A stretch of DNA of 47,368 nucleotides from Basidiobolus meristosporus CBS 931.73 (taxonomy: Eukaryota; Fungi; Basidiobolomycota), in the NCBI GenBank assembly GCA_002104905.1, contig MCFE01000673.1:1-47368 (forward strand), written 5' to 3'. Numbering within the stretch: position 1 is the stretch's first letter; each line of letters begins with the position of its first letter. The translations under genes and the position numbers were made by a program. The notes under the pieces are model-generated. The model ran no database searches. It saw nothing but the letters and a program-made list of their open reading frames with translations, and was not told the origin of the DNA. Positions 11,517-22,534 of this stretch are shown one piece after another.

Positions 11517-12122
11517 TTGATTTTCTTGATTCTTCATCCTGGGGCCTTCCATATATGTAATTTAAGGTAAAATCTTTAATTCTGGACTCTAGGGCTGATA
11601 CAAGGCCCTGAAACATGTCTGTTAGGCTATCCAGGATGGTAACTATCACATCCTCATGAGTAGTTGGTATGCCCACAGATTCCATTTCATCTGCCAGCAG
11701 GGTATTCTGTTGATTAAATTTTTCATTTCTTCTCCTGCCAGCTTCTTTGTACTAAAGAGTTTTTGTCTCAAATACATTTTCTTAGCAGCTGAGCATGACT
11801 GTTAGGTGTCTTCTAATGCCTTCCAGGCATTCTTTGCTGTTTTTGCTCTTGAGCATTGAATTAGCAAGTTATCTTTAACATTAAGGCAAATGCAATTGAA
11901 GGCACTTTGTTCTTTCTTCTGGTACTTTGAGGCTTTGTCTCCCATGTTTTTAGGAGGGCATTCTTTGCCCATGACAATCTTCCAAAGGCCTCTTTCTTGT
12001 AGCAGCATCTTCATCTTCAACTTCCACACTTGGTAGTTAGATCTATCCAACTTTCCAGAAGAGGGAAAAGTTCCAGTAATAGCAGTAGTAGATATTGCAG
12101 AGAGTGACAGCTTGGTGCTCAT
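11517..12122 (-). pseudogene. gag: Copia copy 1 gag N-terminal part
   Basis: KLDRSNYQVWKLKMKMLLQERGLWKIV and AKNAWKALE are copia gag N-terminal/UBN2-like motifs; matches 46980-47368. Confidence 0.9.
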
Positions 12123-12126
12123 AACC
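12117..12126 (-). promoter_or_regulatory. Copia PBS of the GGTTATG type (internal/half tRNA-iMet priming), containing the gag ATG
   Basis: The minus strand reads LTR ...CAACA-GGTTATGAGCACC, similar to the GGTTATGGGCCC PBS of copia-type elements. Confidence 0.75.
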
Positions 12127-12474
12127 TGTTGTAAGAGTCTTGGAGATATTGCAAGTGATTAGGTGAACAAGTAGATTATCAGGTTTTCACTTAATGATTT
12201 ATTGAATATAAAAGTAGTATTTATACTTTTACATGGTCTTGGCATTACAAGCACATAGAATAGGTTAAAAAGGTTCCAAGAACATGTGTGCAAAGTTTGG
12301 GGCTGTTTGGACAACTTTGAGAATTTTCATGTTCTGAATACCTGGTGTTTTGGTGAAAATATTCCAAGTAACTCCCAACAAGGAATTTGGTCAGTATTCT
12401 CTAGGACTTGAGGATAATGATCTAAGTGACTACATTAGGTGAATATCTAGGTGGAATTGCAAATTTTTACAACA
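12127..12474 (-). repeat. Copia 5' LTR (348 bp)
   Basis: TGTTG...CAACA termini, abuts the PBS; homologous pieces at ~20272-20520 and ~23855-23901. Confidence 0.85.
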
Positions 12475-12660
12475 GCATTTAGGTATCTAAAGTCTGCTTA
12501 ACTGCTGCAATATGATCAGATCCATAGTTCTGATTATCCTGACTGACCACTCTTGCTGAACATAAGATATCTGGACATGTTCCAAGCATGATATACATCT
12601 GACTGCTGACAATATATTGATAAGGGAAGTCAGGACTTTCAGATGGCTTCAAGCTCTGCT
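12475..12660 (-). pseudogene. Older copia RT/RNase H junction fragment
   Basis: 12560-12660 matches 44221-44330 (YQSMV..MYIMLGTCPDISY region). Confidence 0.75.
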
Positions 12661-13448
12661 GATTTTTCTATGAATAATTATTATGATGATCCCATCAAAG
12701 GGCCATTGCAGATTCTAGGTCCTGTGACTAAGCAGTATTGATTCCATCAAGTCACCATGCAAAGACCATGAAAAAATAATTGCACCCCAGATATCATAAA
12801 AAACTGGGTCAAAATTTTTCATCACAACAATACAAAAGTGGCTTTTGATTGGTCATCTGCCAATTTTCTCACTTTCTGATCCTGGACACTCTATCACTTC
12901 CTAAGTTTGTGTGCATTGATTGACTGTTGCCTCTTTTTCACACTCCTTACCACCTGACTCAACCATTTCTCTTACTTTTCATGCATACAAATTGAATTAT
13001 TTCCGTTGAAACTTCAGTTGTACCTCAATTGCTGATATGGGAAGTCAGAGCTCTCAGATGGCTTCAAGCTCTCTTGATTTTTCTATGAAGAATTATTGTA
13101 ATGATCCTGTCAAAAGGGTGTAAAAAAGTTAAAGTCCCATGACTAAGAGGTACTGATCCCATCAGGACACCATCCAGAGACCATTGCAAAATAATTGCAC
13201 CCCAGATTTCACCAAAAACTTAGTCAAAATTTTTCACCACAACAATACAAAAGTGGCTTTTGATTGGTTCCCTGCCAATTTGCTCACTTTCTGATCCAGG
13301 CCACTCTATTGCCTCCTACATTTGTGTGCATCAATTGGCTATTGCCTCTTTTTCACACTCCTTACTTCCTGACTCAACCATTTCTCTTACTCTCAATGTG
13401 TCCAAATAGATTTACTTCCGTTAAAACTTCAGTTGTACCTCAATTGGC
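12619..13448. repeat. Degenerate ~415-bp tandem duplication of a copia-RT/CACTA chimeric junction
   Basis: CAGATGGCTTCAAGCTC occurs at 12640 and 13055; both units end in AAACTTCAGTTGTACCTCAATTG. Confidence 0.8.
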
Positions 13449-16400
13449 AATTGTATGACCTATACAAGTCCCTATACCCTACACTAACATTAAGCCTAAC
13501 CCCACACTCAACAAGTAACTCCATTAAAATCCACCACTCAATAAGTATTTCTGCTGTAACGTTCTGGTTCCACAACTTTAGTGGGAACCCAGCAGCTTTA
13601 TACCACTGTTCATTCACTGGTTCCCACATGTCCTGGTCTTCAGCTGGCACTGCAAGGTCTAGCAGCTCATCTGCCAGTCTTTGCAATAAATCCTTGCAAT
13701 ATTCCACTGCATTTTCTTGAGCACTGCTCTTGAAGAAGTGCTGCCACCTCTTGGTATGCCTATTAATGTTCCAAAACTCCACTGAAGGCATTGTAATAGT
13801 CTTTCAAGCTCTTGACATTGTAATCTTGTCTGTCAGTGGGATCTCCACTCTGTCAGCAAAGGAGGATGTGGAGGCTGTGGTAGACAAATTGCCTTTTTCA
13901 GCAAACTCATTTACCTTGCTGGAGTGTAGCTCATTTGGCTGCGCTTCCAGCTCTTGTGAAAACAGCTGTTTTCTTATTAGTAATTCTTCTAGGCTATGAT
14001 GGGATTCAGTCTGTTCCTGGCTTGCGGCATTGATTGGCAAGAACTGGAGTTTCTTTTGCATGCCTCCCTGTTTCAAGCTTGGGTAGACATTTTTCCCCTT
14101 ACCTTTTCCTTTATCACTGCCAGGTCTTTCACTGCTACTTTGTCTGAGTGCTTCTTTTAAAGAACTGCGTTTTCACCTGGATAAATTCTGCTATGACACA
14201 TCTGTTTTGGCCTGCTTGTCCCTTGCTGGCACTCTTCTGGCAACCTGATGTTTCTTTTCTGCTTGTTTTGAGCTCTCAACCATAGTTGTGACAGGCTCCT
14301 GTAAAAGTGGCTGGTTTTTATCACTGCCAGGTCCTTCACTGCTACTTTGACTGGGTTCTTATGGAGTGTTACTATGCTTTTTCCTTGATAAATGTTGTGC
14401 TGGTGCATCTGTGTCTGCCTGCTTGTCCCTAATTGGCACTCTCCCAGCTACCTGATGTCACTTTGACTCTTGTCTGGAGCTTTTGGCCCTGCTTGTAACA
14501 GGCTCTTGAAGAAGCTGCTGGTTTTTAGCCATGGCACCCTTGTTCTTCTGCCTTTGGTAGTTTCTGCTATTCTTAAGATACTTTCTTAGCATACCAATGC
14601 TGGCCCAAAATCTATTTGCCTGTTTGAATTCAGGATAATGCTCATGGAACAAGTCAAGTGCATTCTGCTTGGCCTTGAGTCCCTGATGGTCCCATGGTAT
14701 GCTGGCCTTCAGGTGACGGCATGCTAGACTTCTGATGGCCTCTTGTATATTAGCTCACTCTTGACTATTGCACTCAATGGCTTCACGGATCTTCAATGTC
14801 TTATGATTTTTAGGCATTGGTATAAACACCCCATTGTCTCCCTCCCATGCTGTGATAGGTTTTTCTGTGGGCTGTATCTTTGGGCAGTGCTGTAGTGCTT
14901 GAAAGAGTGTAGGGTGTTCCTCTGCTGTTACATCAGGAAATGGTTCAATTCTTGGCTGTGACATTGAGCTACTTGAGTTCCTTCTTTGCAGCAAAGATAC
15001 TGCTTTCTCTACCTGGGATATTGATTGCTCTACACATATTGTCCACTCATCCTGTTTCTGGACTATTTCCTGATTTCTCTGGGCCATTGCATCTATCCTA
15101 TCAGACACTGCACCTAATTGCTTCATTATTGCTTTGGTATGAGCTGACAACATACTTGCTAATATGGGTGGTGGTGATGTTATCATGGCCACTTGCTGAT
15201 CTTCAACTGACGGTACTGCATTTGCTACATTCTCATCTGCCTGAGCAAAATGGTCAGATTGTTGCTTTGCAGAGGTTCTCAATTGCCTGCTTGACTGAGA
15301 GCCTGAGGAGTTTGCATTATTACCTTCAATGAGCACACTGTCCACAGGGCCTTTTTTGGATGTAGCCCTGCTTGTTGCGCTGAATGTCATAGCAATCTGT
15401 TGTCCAACCATTGTAGTGGTGTATAAGTCCAAGGGAGAGATACATCTAACACTTCTCAAGTGCTTTGTGTGTGGGGTGTTTACTGGGTGCAATAACCTCT
15501 GGCAAAAGCTTGCTAGGAATACTTGGGTTCTGTCTCTAATCTAATGTAATGGGGAAAAAAGCCACAAGCTTGTCAAGGGGAAAACTATTGAGCTACAATC
15601 CCCAACTTAGTTGACATCTTAACAAAAGTATGTGCTGGGCTCAGTGTCCTTTGAGATGACAATGTACTAAAGCTTCCAAAGTCAAAACAACTGTAAACTC
15701 CACCAGCAGGGACTTGATAAGAATGCAGCTGTGGTCAATAGTTACAAAGACAGAAAATTATCTTTGCCTGTACAAGAAGAAACTTGGGAAAGAATTAAAT
15801 ATAATAAAAGATACCTACTCTGAGTATTCCTCACAAGTAGTGCCTCCAAGGTCAGTTTGCTGTCAGCATGGTTTCCTGGGAGTGTCCTGTGGTCTGGGGT
15901 TGGAAGTTCAGGTAGCAGCAGGTAGCCATGATCACACTAATCAACAATTTGTTTTATTAATAAAGGAGATGATTACTTATTGTTGAGGGACAGCCTCCCT
16001 TATATACTTTTTTTACTGGCTAAGAGATTACTAATCATGGTGTTCTAGAAGGTTCCAGATATCAATGGTAATCTTAATGATATCAGAATGACCTAAGAAT
16101 GTGCTAAGTAGGTGCAGGAAGGTTCTAAGAGGCACAGCACATCCAACCAATTAGGAATCAGTACTCTGAAACCTGTGTAGCATAGGTATACTATATATGG
16201 TATGGAAATGGTAGGGATGGTGACACAGGTTGATCATGTGTCATGGGTACTGGCACAGGTACTTGTCTAATATAGAAGCACTTACTGCTAGTAATCTTAC
16301 ATAAAGTGAGGGATAACTTATGCAATAAGGTAAGCAGGTGTAATAGTCAACTGGCTTATGGGATAGTACTGATCAGGTAAGACAAATGGGATAAAACCAA

Positions 16401-16556
16401 AATAAGTGTAGTAGAGAAATAGGGAAGTAGACACTATAAGAATGAGCACATCTGTCAGTGGGTGTCACTGTGACCCCACTACACTGTTCTTCTGTTGCTA
16501 TCAGTGGTGGGGTTTGGTTGAGAACCAGACAACTTTGCTTTATTTTTTGGCAGCAT
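13429..16556 (-). pseudogene. CACTA accessory ORF-X copy 1 (~680 codons after removing LTR-A #3)
   Basis: ATG at 16556; consecutive track ORFs (14755-15492, 14458-14652, 13804-14076, 13429-13791) match in order those at 41054-43099. Confidence 0.72.
15412..16483 (-). mobile_element. LTR-A solo LTR #3 (1072 bp), antisense, inserted near the 5' end of ORF-X
   Basis: Full-length reverse complement of LTR-A; flanks are CCAT (15408-15411) and CTGT (16484-16487); the paralogous empty site is at 41123-41126. Confidence 0.93.
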
Positions 16557-16984
16557 ATATATGGAAGTGAGTCAAACCAAAGGGGAAATAGTGCTACATA
16601 TATGTGTGTTTGTTGTGCCACAACTTTATTCATAATGCTTACTATGGCAGGTCATCATTGAATCTTACATTCATGTAGGTGCAATGTCTCAAATACAAAA
16701 CTGTCTTAAGTTCACATGATTATTGACCAAAAAGTGATATAATAGCACTATGTTGTTGAAGTTCATACTGTTTGCCCCATGAACAAGACCACTTTGACTC
16801 AACACCAGAAGAGCAGAGAAAAAAGACCATGTGGCTATTGTGCCAAGCCTCTCACCCATGAAGCATGCAGACAGCATAGGAAGTATTAAAAGGATCATGG
16901 CCAGTGTTTTGCAACCCAAGTCATATTTGACCATTCATTGGTCACTACTGCACCAGCATTATCTTGCTGGCCAGTTGATACTTC

Positions 16985-18990
16985 TATATTGGTATGTATC
17001 AATCAAGCGCAAACATATTCTATATATTTGATGGCAAACATTACAAACAGCTAAGAGGCAAGGGCTACTTTGAAGGTATGTATGACCATGCCTTTGCTTT
17101 AGAGCTTGATGGCATCTCATTAAACAAGTACTCTACCAGCAAATCCTGCTGGCCACTGATTCTCATTAATCTGAATCTGCTGCCCATCTTATGGTATCAG
17201 AGCAATAATTTGATGGTAGACTCACTAGTATCCAGGCCTAAATCACCATCCAGCCTGGATAGCTACCTGTGTCCATTGCAGGATGATTTTTGTGTACTTT
17301 CCAGCAAGATAATAGTAAATGGCCATCATGTAAAAGTGCATATTATTAACTGCATTGGAGATACTATACCATCAGCAAGATAGTAGGTTTTTCTGGGTAC
17401 AATGGATGGTATTGCAGTCAAATGCGTGAGATCCAGGGGATTTATTCCATAACTCATACACATTATTGTAACCCAAACACCAACACTAAGAATATCATCT
17501 ACCTGCAGAGAGAACATACAGAAGTTAGTATGCAATTGCAGCAAATCTGGCAAGCTATAAGTCATTGGCCAGAAAATGGAATCAATTGGAAACCAGTGAT
17601 ACTTCAGATAGCAGGTATCTGTTGGAGCAAAAGCCGTCCACTGGGAGCAATGCATTTGCTTCTCAACAATATCCCTATACTGATAACCAAGTTGTACATG
17701 GGGCATTTCAAGTTAAATGAGTCCTTCAAAATACTGGAGAAATCTGAAAGAATTGGCAAGATATCACAGAGTATCTGCTACCCTAAGTACTTCTCACAGG
17801 CTCCAATCAATACTCATATGCATATGCAGCAATATAAATGCAAAGACTGGATGAGCTGGATATGTATTTATTCAAGTGGCGTTCTGAAGCCATTCCTACC
17901 AAGAGTACATTGGATGCATTGGGAGTCATATGTGGACATTGTAGGATTATTTATCCAGAAGCAGATCAACAATGCCAACTTGACATATCTTCAGCTGTTG
18001 TGTGAGGAGTTATAATGAGATTTGAGCAGCTATACTACCAACATAGAGCTGAACATGTAAGTCTCTGCTGCTACTGTAGCCATTCTCTACTCTCTTCCTT
18101 GGTGTGTGGTGAATATTGGGCCTTGCTTCACCTTTTGGGAATTTCCTATGGAGCAGAGGTGTGGGGAGATTGGAAGGTGAGTCAAGTTGCAGGTACTACC
18201 ATATTCCAATCTCATCAAGAATATTACCTTCAAGTCTGTCATAGATGTGATGAGTTGTCACATGGAGGACAGCCAGGAAGAGTTGCAAAATACTGAGGAC
18301 AGATGTGCACATGAAGACACCTATGTCTATGGCATTAAGAAGCTAAGCGGCCCCAATGCATGGGTAATCAGTTAAGTAATGCAAAGTTGGGCTGGGTGCA
18401 ACAAGTAACTAATTTTTACTAGGAAAACCTGTCCATGGTATGCCAGACTTCTCATGGTCATAAGCCAGCTTCTACACCATTGAATACAGAATTCACGCAA
18501 ACAAGAGTCAGACAACATCTACAAGGGGGCTAGAATCCAGTAGGGAGAAGGAATATATTGGCTAAATACCAAGAAGTTCTTTGCGGATATTCAGGAGGTA
18601 TTCATGGCAGAAGTGGTGACATCTAAGCATATGTTTGCGAGATGTCTATGTTACCAGCAATTCAAGGTATATGGCAACTTTGCAAGTATCACACTAAAAA
18701 GCTGTAAAGTTGAGGTGATAGAAGTATTTCAACTGTGGCAGGTGTGCATGCTTGTAGAGGTTAGTAAGCAGGAGGCCATAGTTTTTTTTGATTTGGACTA
18801 TATGTGGAATACTCAAGGTAGAAGTGTGTAAGCAAATCAAGTGGGGTGATTCTACAGTGGGATAGATGAATTGCACAAGGGGAGGTAGAAAAAGGAAATA
18901 TCATTTGGTAAATTGGTATGGTAGCAGTATACAGAGCTTACTCTAGGCCACCACACTGCCATAGTAATGCCTGCAGATTCTTGCTGTGAG
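16985..18990 (+). pseudogene. CACTA/En-Spm (Transposase_21/Tnp2-like) transposase, fragmented
   Basis: ELDGISL..SCWPLILINLNL, PKSPSSLDSYL.PL.D, CIGD.P, KDWMSWICIYS..L, WEFPMEQ.CG, PYSNL motifs characteristic of CMC transposases. Confidence 0.88.
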
Positions 18991-19329
18991 GCCATTGATA
19001 AACCATCAAGATTTTTTGCCATATAGGACAATTAGATGTCCTGGCCGGTTAGATCCATTTAAATTGCTGTAGAGTGCTACAAGACTGCAACAATGCCATC
19101 CAATTATTGCCACAGCACCAATCAAACCCTGTCAAGTTTTATAGCTTTATTTGGCAGTAAAATCAGCAATATGGCATTGTGATCCTGTCATGAGATTGTC
19201 AAGAGGGTTGCAAATCCAAGCTGCTGGTATTATGACAGTCTCTAAACAGGATCCTGATGGCTAATCTGAATTGGATCCACCCACAGGACCAAGTTATTTT
19301 TTGTAAGGGTGATAATGCAGCTCAATACA

Positions 19330-20270
19330 AGAAGCACTCAGACAGAGTAGCAGCAAAAGAATTGACAGTGATAAAGGAAATAGTAAAGGCAAAGTCTAAG
19401 CAAGCCAGAGAGGGATATTTAAAGAAAAGTTGCAGGTCTAACTAATAAATGCTATCAGCTCAGAATAGACTGGATCCCATAATAGCCAAGAAGAATTTTC
19501 CACAAGAAAACAGCTGTTTTCTCAAGAGTTTGGAGCACAGCCAATTGAGCTCTACTCCAGTGAGGTAGATGAGTTCGCAGAGAAAAGTAATTCATCTACT
19601 GCTGGCTCCACACCCTCCATTGTAGACACAGTGGAGATCCTACTAACAGACATAGCAATGATGTCAAGAACTTGAAAGACTATTGCAATGTCTACAGTGG
19701 AGTTTGGAACATTATTAGGTATGCAAAGAGGTTGCAGTACTTCTTTGAGAGCAGTGCTCAAAAAAATGCACTTTAATAATGCAAGAATCTATTGCAAAGA
19801 CTGACAGGCAAGGAGCTAGACTTTGCAGTGCTGGCTGAAGACCAAGACATATGGGAACCAGTGAATGAACTATGGCATAAAGCAGTGGGGTCCCTACTAA
19901 AGGTATGGAAAAAGGGCATTATGGCTAGAATGCTCATTTAATGGGGGATGTGGATGGAGTTACTTGTTGAGTGTTTGGCTGAGCTCAATGTTAGTGTTGG
20001 GTAAAGGGACTTGTATAGGTTGGTACAGCGGGAAATCAAGTTACACCTGACAACTGAACAGGAATAAGCCAATTTGTATGCATTAAAGTAAGTTCACTGT
20101 TGGAGTTAGGAAGTGTCAAGTGCAAAAAGAGGCAGTTATCAATCTATATACAGAAACATAGAAGGCAATGGAGTGCCTGGGATCAAAAAGTGAGAGAACC
20201 AGAAGGGAACCAACCAAAAGCAACTTATTTGCTGTGATGAAAAACCTTGACCAAGTTTTTTATGAAATCT
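19330..20270 (+). pseudogene. Third, more divergent copy of the ORF-X 3' part and downstream region
   Basis: Homologous to 42375-43330 (AAGAAGCACTCAGACA..., GTGGAGTTTGGAACATT, CAAGACATATGGGAACCAGTGAATGAAC). Confidence 0.75.
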
Positions 20271-20271
20271 A

Positions 20272-20520
20272 ATTGTAAAAATTTGTAATTCCACCTACAT
20301 ACTGACATAACTTAGTCACTTAGATCATTATTTGCATGTTCTAGAGAATACTGACCAATTTCCTAGTTGGGATCTACTCAAAAATAATCTCACAAAGACA
20401 TCAGGTATCTAAAACACAAAAATTCACAAAGTTGTCCAGACAGCCCCAAAATTTAAACACTTGTTCTTGGGACCTTTCTAAATCTGTTTACATGTTTGCT
20501 ATACCAAGACCATGTAAGTC
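20272..20520 (+). repeat. Partial copia LTR
   Basis: Reverse-complement homology to 12225-12474 (TTGTAAAAATTTG.AATTCCACC, CTTAGTCACTTAGATCATTA, GTTGTCCAGACAGCCCCAAA). Confidence 0.75.
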
Positions 20521-20534
20521 ATGAGATTCAATGG

Positions 20535-20995
20535 GTTTCTTAATCAATATTGCATTGGTCTTGTTGAGTGTGACATATCAAAGAGCACTTTATTCATCAG
20601 AGAAGTTTCCTTAAGTTGTTCAGCAACTCTGTTGATATTTAAATCATGGTGTTCAAGCTGCTGTATATATGTGGCTGGTAGGTCTTCAGTGTGCATACTA
20701 GATTTCTATTCTAATGAGTTCCACATGACAACATCCAACTCAACTGGTAGTTTACAGTCTAGTCTATAGAGTAGCATAAGTGGCTATGGTACAGTTGTTT
20801 TCTTAGTAGTAATTCTACCTGACCAAAGGGCAAGATATAGCTGTTGTGGCCATTGTAAAGTGTAATATTCCAAATTCTTGACTAGAGAATTGACTGGTGG
20901 ACTAAGTCCCTTTTCAACCATTCCATTGGATTGAGGGTGGTAAGCTGTTGTAAAAACAATGTATATTTTATACCTTGAGCACAATTTGTGATCAC
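20535..20995 (-). pseudogene. Ylt1-like gypsy integrase C-terminal fragment
   Basis: TAYHPQSNGMVEKG...WPQQLYLALW; colinear with 29490-29930. Confidence 0.8.
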
Positions 20996-20999
20996 AATC

Positions 21000-22534
21000 T
21001 AGTATTCCAAGCTTACTCTGGGTCATTCATACCCTCTGCATGGTGTTTCCCCATTGCTGCCAGCTGGGAATGAACGCTTTTAGGACTTTTGTTACCATAG
21101 ACAGTGGGGTTAGACCTTGTAGGGCAGTAGTTCATGTAATAGCAGAGACGCTTAACAAGAGATCTCCTTGAGTAGATTGGAGCAGATGGTCCAGAGTAAT
21201 TGGTGTAGATCTTCTTTAATGTGCTAAATGGATATCCAGTGGTAGTGATGGGATTAATGAGAAAAGACCATTCAGATGAGTAAGCCAAATCAAAATCAAT
21301 ATGCAATCAAGTACAGGTAACATGAATTGATTCCGTGCAATCAGCTTAATTTATCTGATTTTCTATGCAATATGATTGAATATCCATCAAATGCCATAAT
21401 ACCTATCATTATGTTGCGAAAGTTATCCTCAAATAATAGCTTGGTGATTTTATTGATACTTTAATCATATGTCTATGGTAATATAAGAAATCCTCAATTG
21501 ATGTGATCTGATCCATGTCAATACAGTTCAAGAGGTATCATGCAAAATATGGAAAATTCAACAATCACATTAGTTCTCACATATATTGCAGATAAGACCA
21601 GGTTGATGCCATAATACTACTGTATATTTATTCAAATCTGTCACTATGGTCCCTATACAAAGTCTCAACTCATCTTTAGTACAATCCAGACAAACCAATC
21701 CCCCAGCTCACAAGCACAGTCCTGACCAGAAATGTCAATGTTGAATTCATCTGAGTTCTTGCCAAATGTTTTAGTATGGCCCTGGTGTCCATGATGAGCC
21801 TGAATACAGATATTTGTGCATTGATCATTAATCTAGCAGAGCTGAATACCTCAGAGAGTCAACAGAGATGGAAGAATACCAGTAGTGATCTGTGGCAAGA
21901 GCTCTACATCAGGATGCCAGCAGATGTATGTAAGAAGATATACTACAAGACAAATATTGAAATCAAGAATGAGCCGTGAGCAAGGGGATTGGATAAGGAA
22001 GCTGCATGCACACAATTCCACATGCCATTTGCACAAAACAGGCTGGACATCTACATTTGTGCCTCAGCTTTGGGAACCAAGAATATTTTGAATGGGCTGT
22101 TGCCTCAAATGACTAATGTACTATTGATTGAGATTTTGCCTCAGATGACTAATGTATTACATGCTATACTAATCAAGCTAAGTGGCTTCCAAGAGCAATA
22201 TATACAGGACTCATCAAGGCAGCATTTCCAAACAACTAAACAGAGTGTAGAGTGAATACCTTGAGAAATCAGGGGCAAGCCTGAGGAGGAAGAGTACAGA
22301 GTGCAAACAGCTAGGCCCAGATTACATCAGTATGCCCTGCATGACTCCTTGCCATCTCCTGCATTGTCAGCGCACCAGTGCACATTAGTTCAAACTATGC
22401 CAACACCCTACACAAGAGCACCCCTCATCAAGTTGACATGCATCAGATCAATGCAAGCACTTCAGAGAAAAACTACCAGAACTTGCTAAACTAATCATTT
22501 AGACAAGAGTTGAATGGAACAAGCCAAGTTGCAT
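21000..22534. mobile_element. PIF/Harbinger-like element, copy A (transposase N-terminus on minus at ~21000-21306; partner ORF on plus at ~21650-22534), truncated at both ends
   Basis: Inverted homologue of 31180-32690; ORF pairs YSSEW..INPIT..G.PF and SMMSL.T.I.A..INLAEL.TS match. Confidence 0.75.

Larger units (their letters stand above)
1..12474 (-). mobile_element. Ty1/copia LTR retrotransposon, copy 1 (5' LTR to start of RT; runs off the window), split at 1864/11513 by nested insertions
   Basis: Domain order is gag-zinc knuckle (CNYCKRKGQTSDWC)-protease (DSGA)-GAG-pre-integrase (LWHRRFGH, CEAC)-integrase. 1-1864 and 11517-11900 are colinear with the uninterrupted paralogue at 45117-47368; the empty target site there is GCGC at 46976-46979. 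Confidence 0.95.
12660..19310. mobile_element. CACTA/CMC-type DNA transposon, copy 1 (accessory ORF-X on minus, transposase on plus); ends not resolved
   Basis: Transposase motifs plus colinearity, in inverted orientation, with 33520-36175 and 41020-43440. Confidence 0.8.

Noticed and set aside
16590-16985. Hydrophobic 81-aa ORF (16689-16934) as a captured host gene in CACTA copy 1
   Set aside because: No recognisable motif, and the equivalent region of copy 2 is deleted, so it may simply be intergenic DNA.
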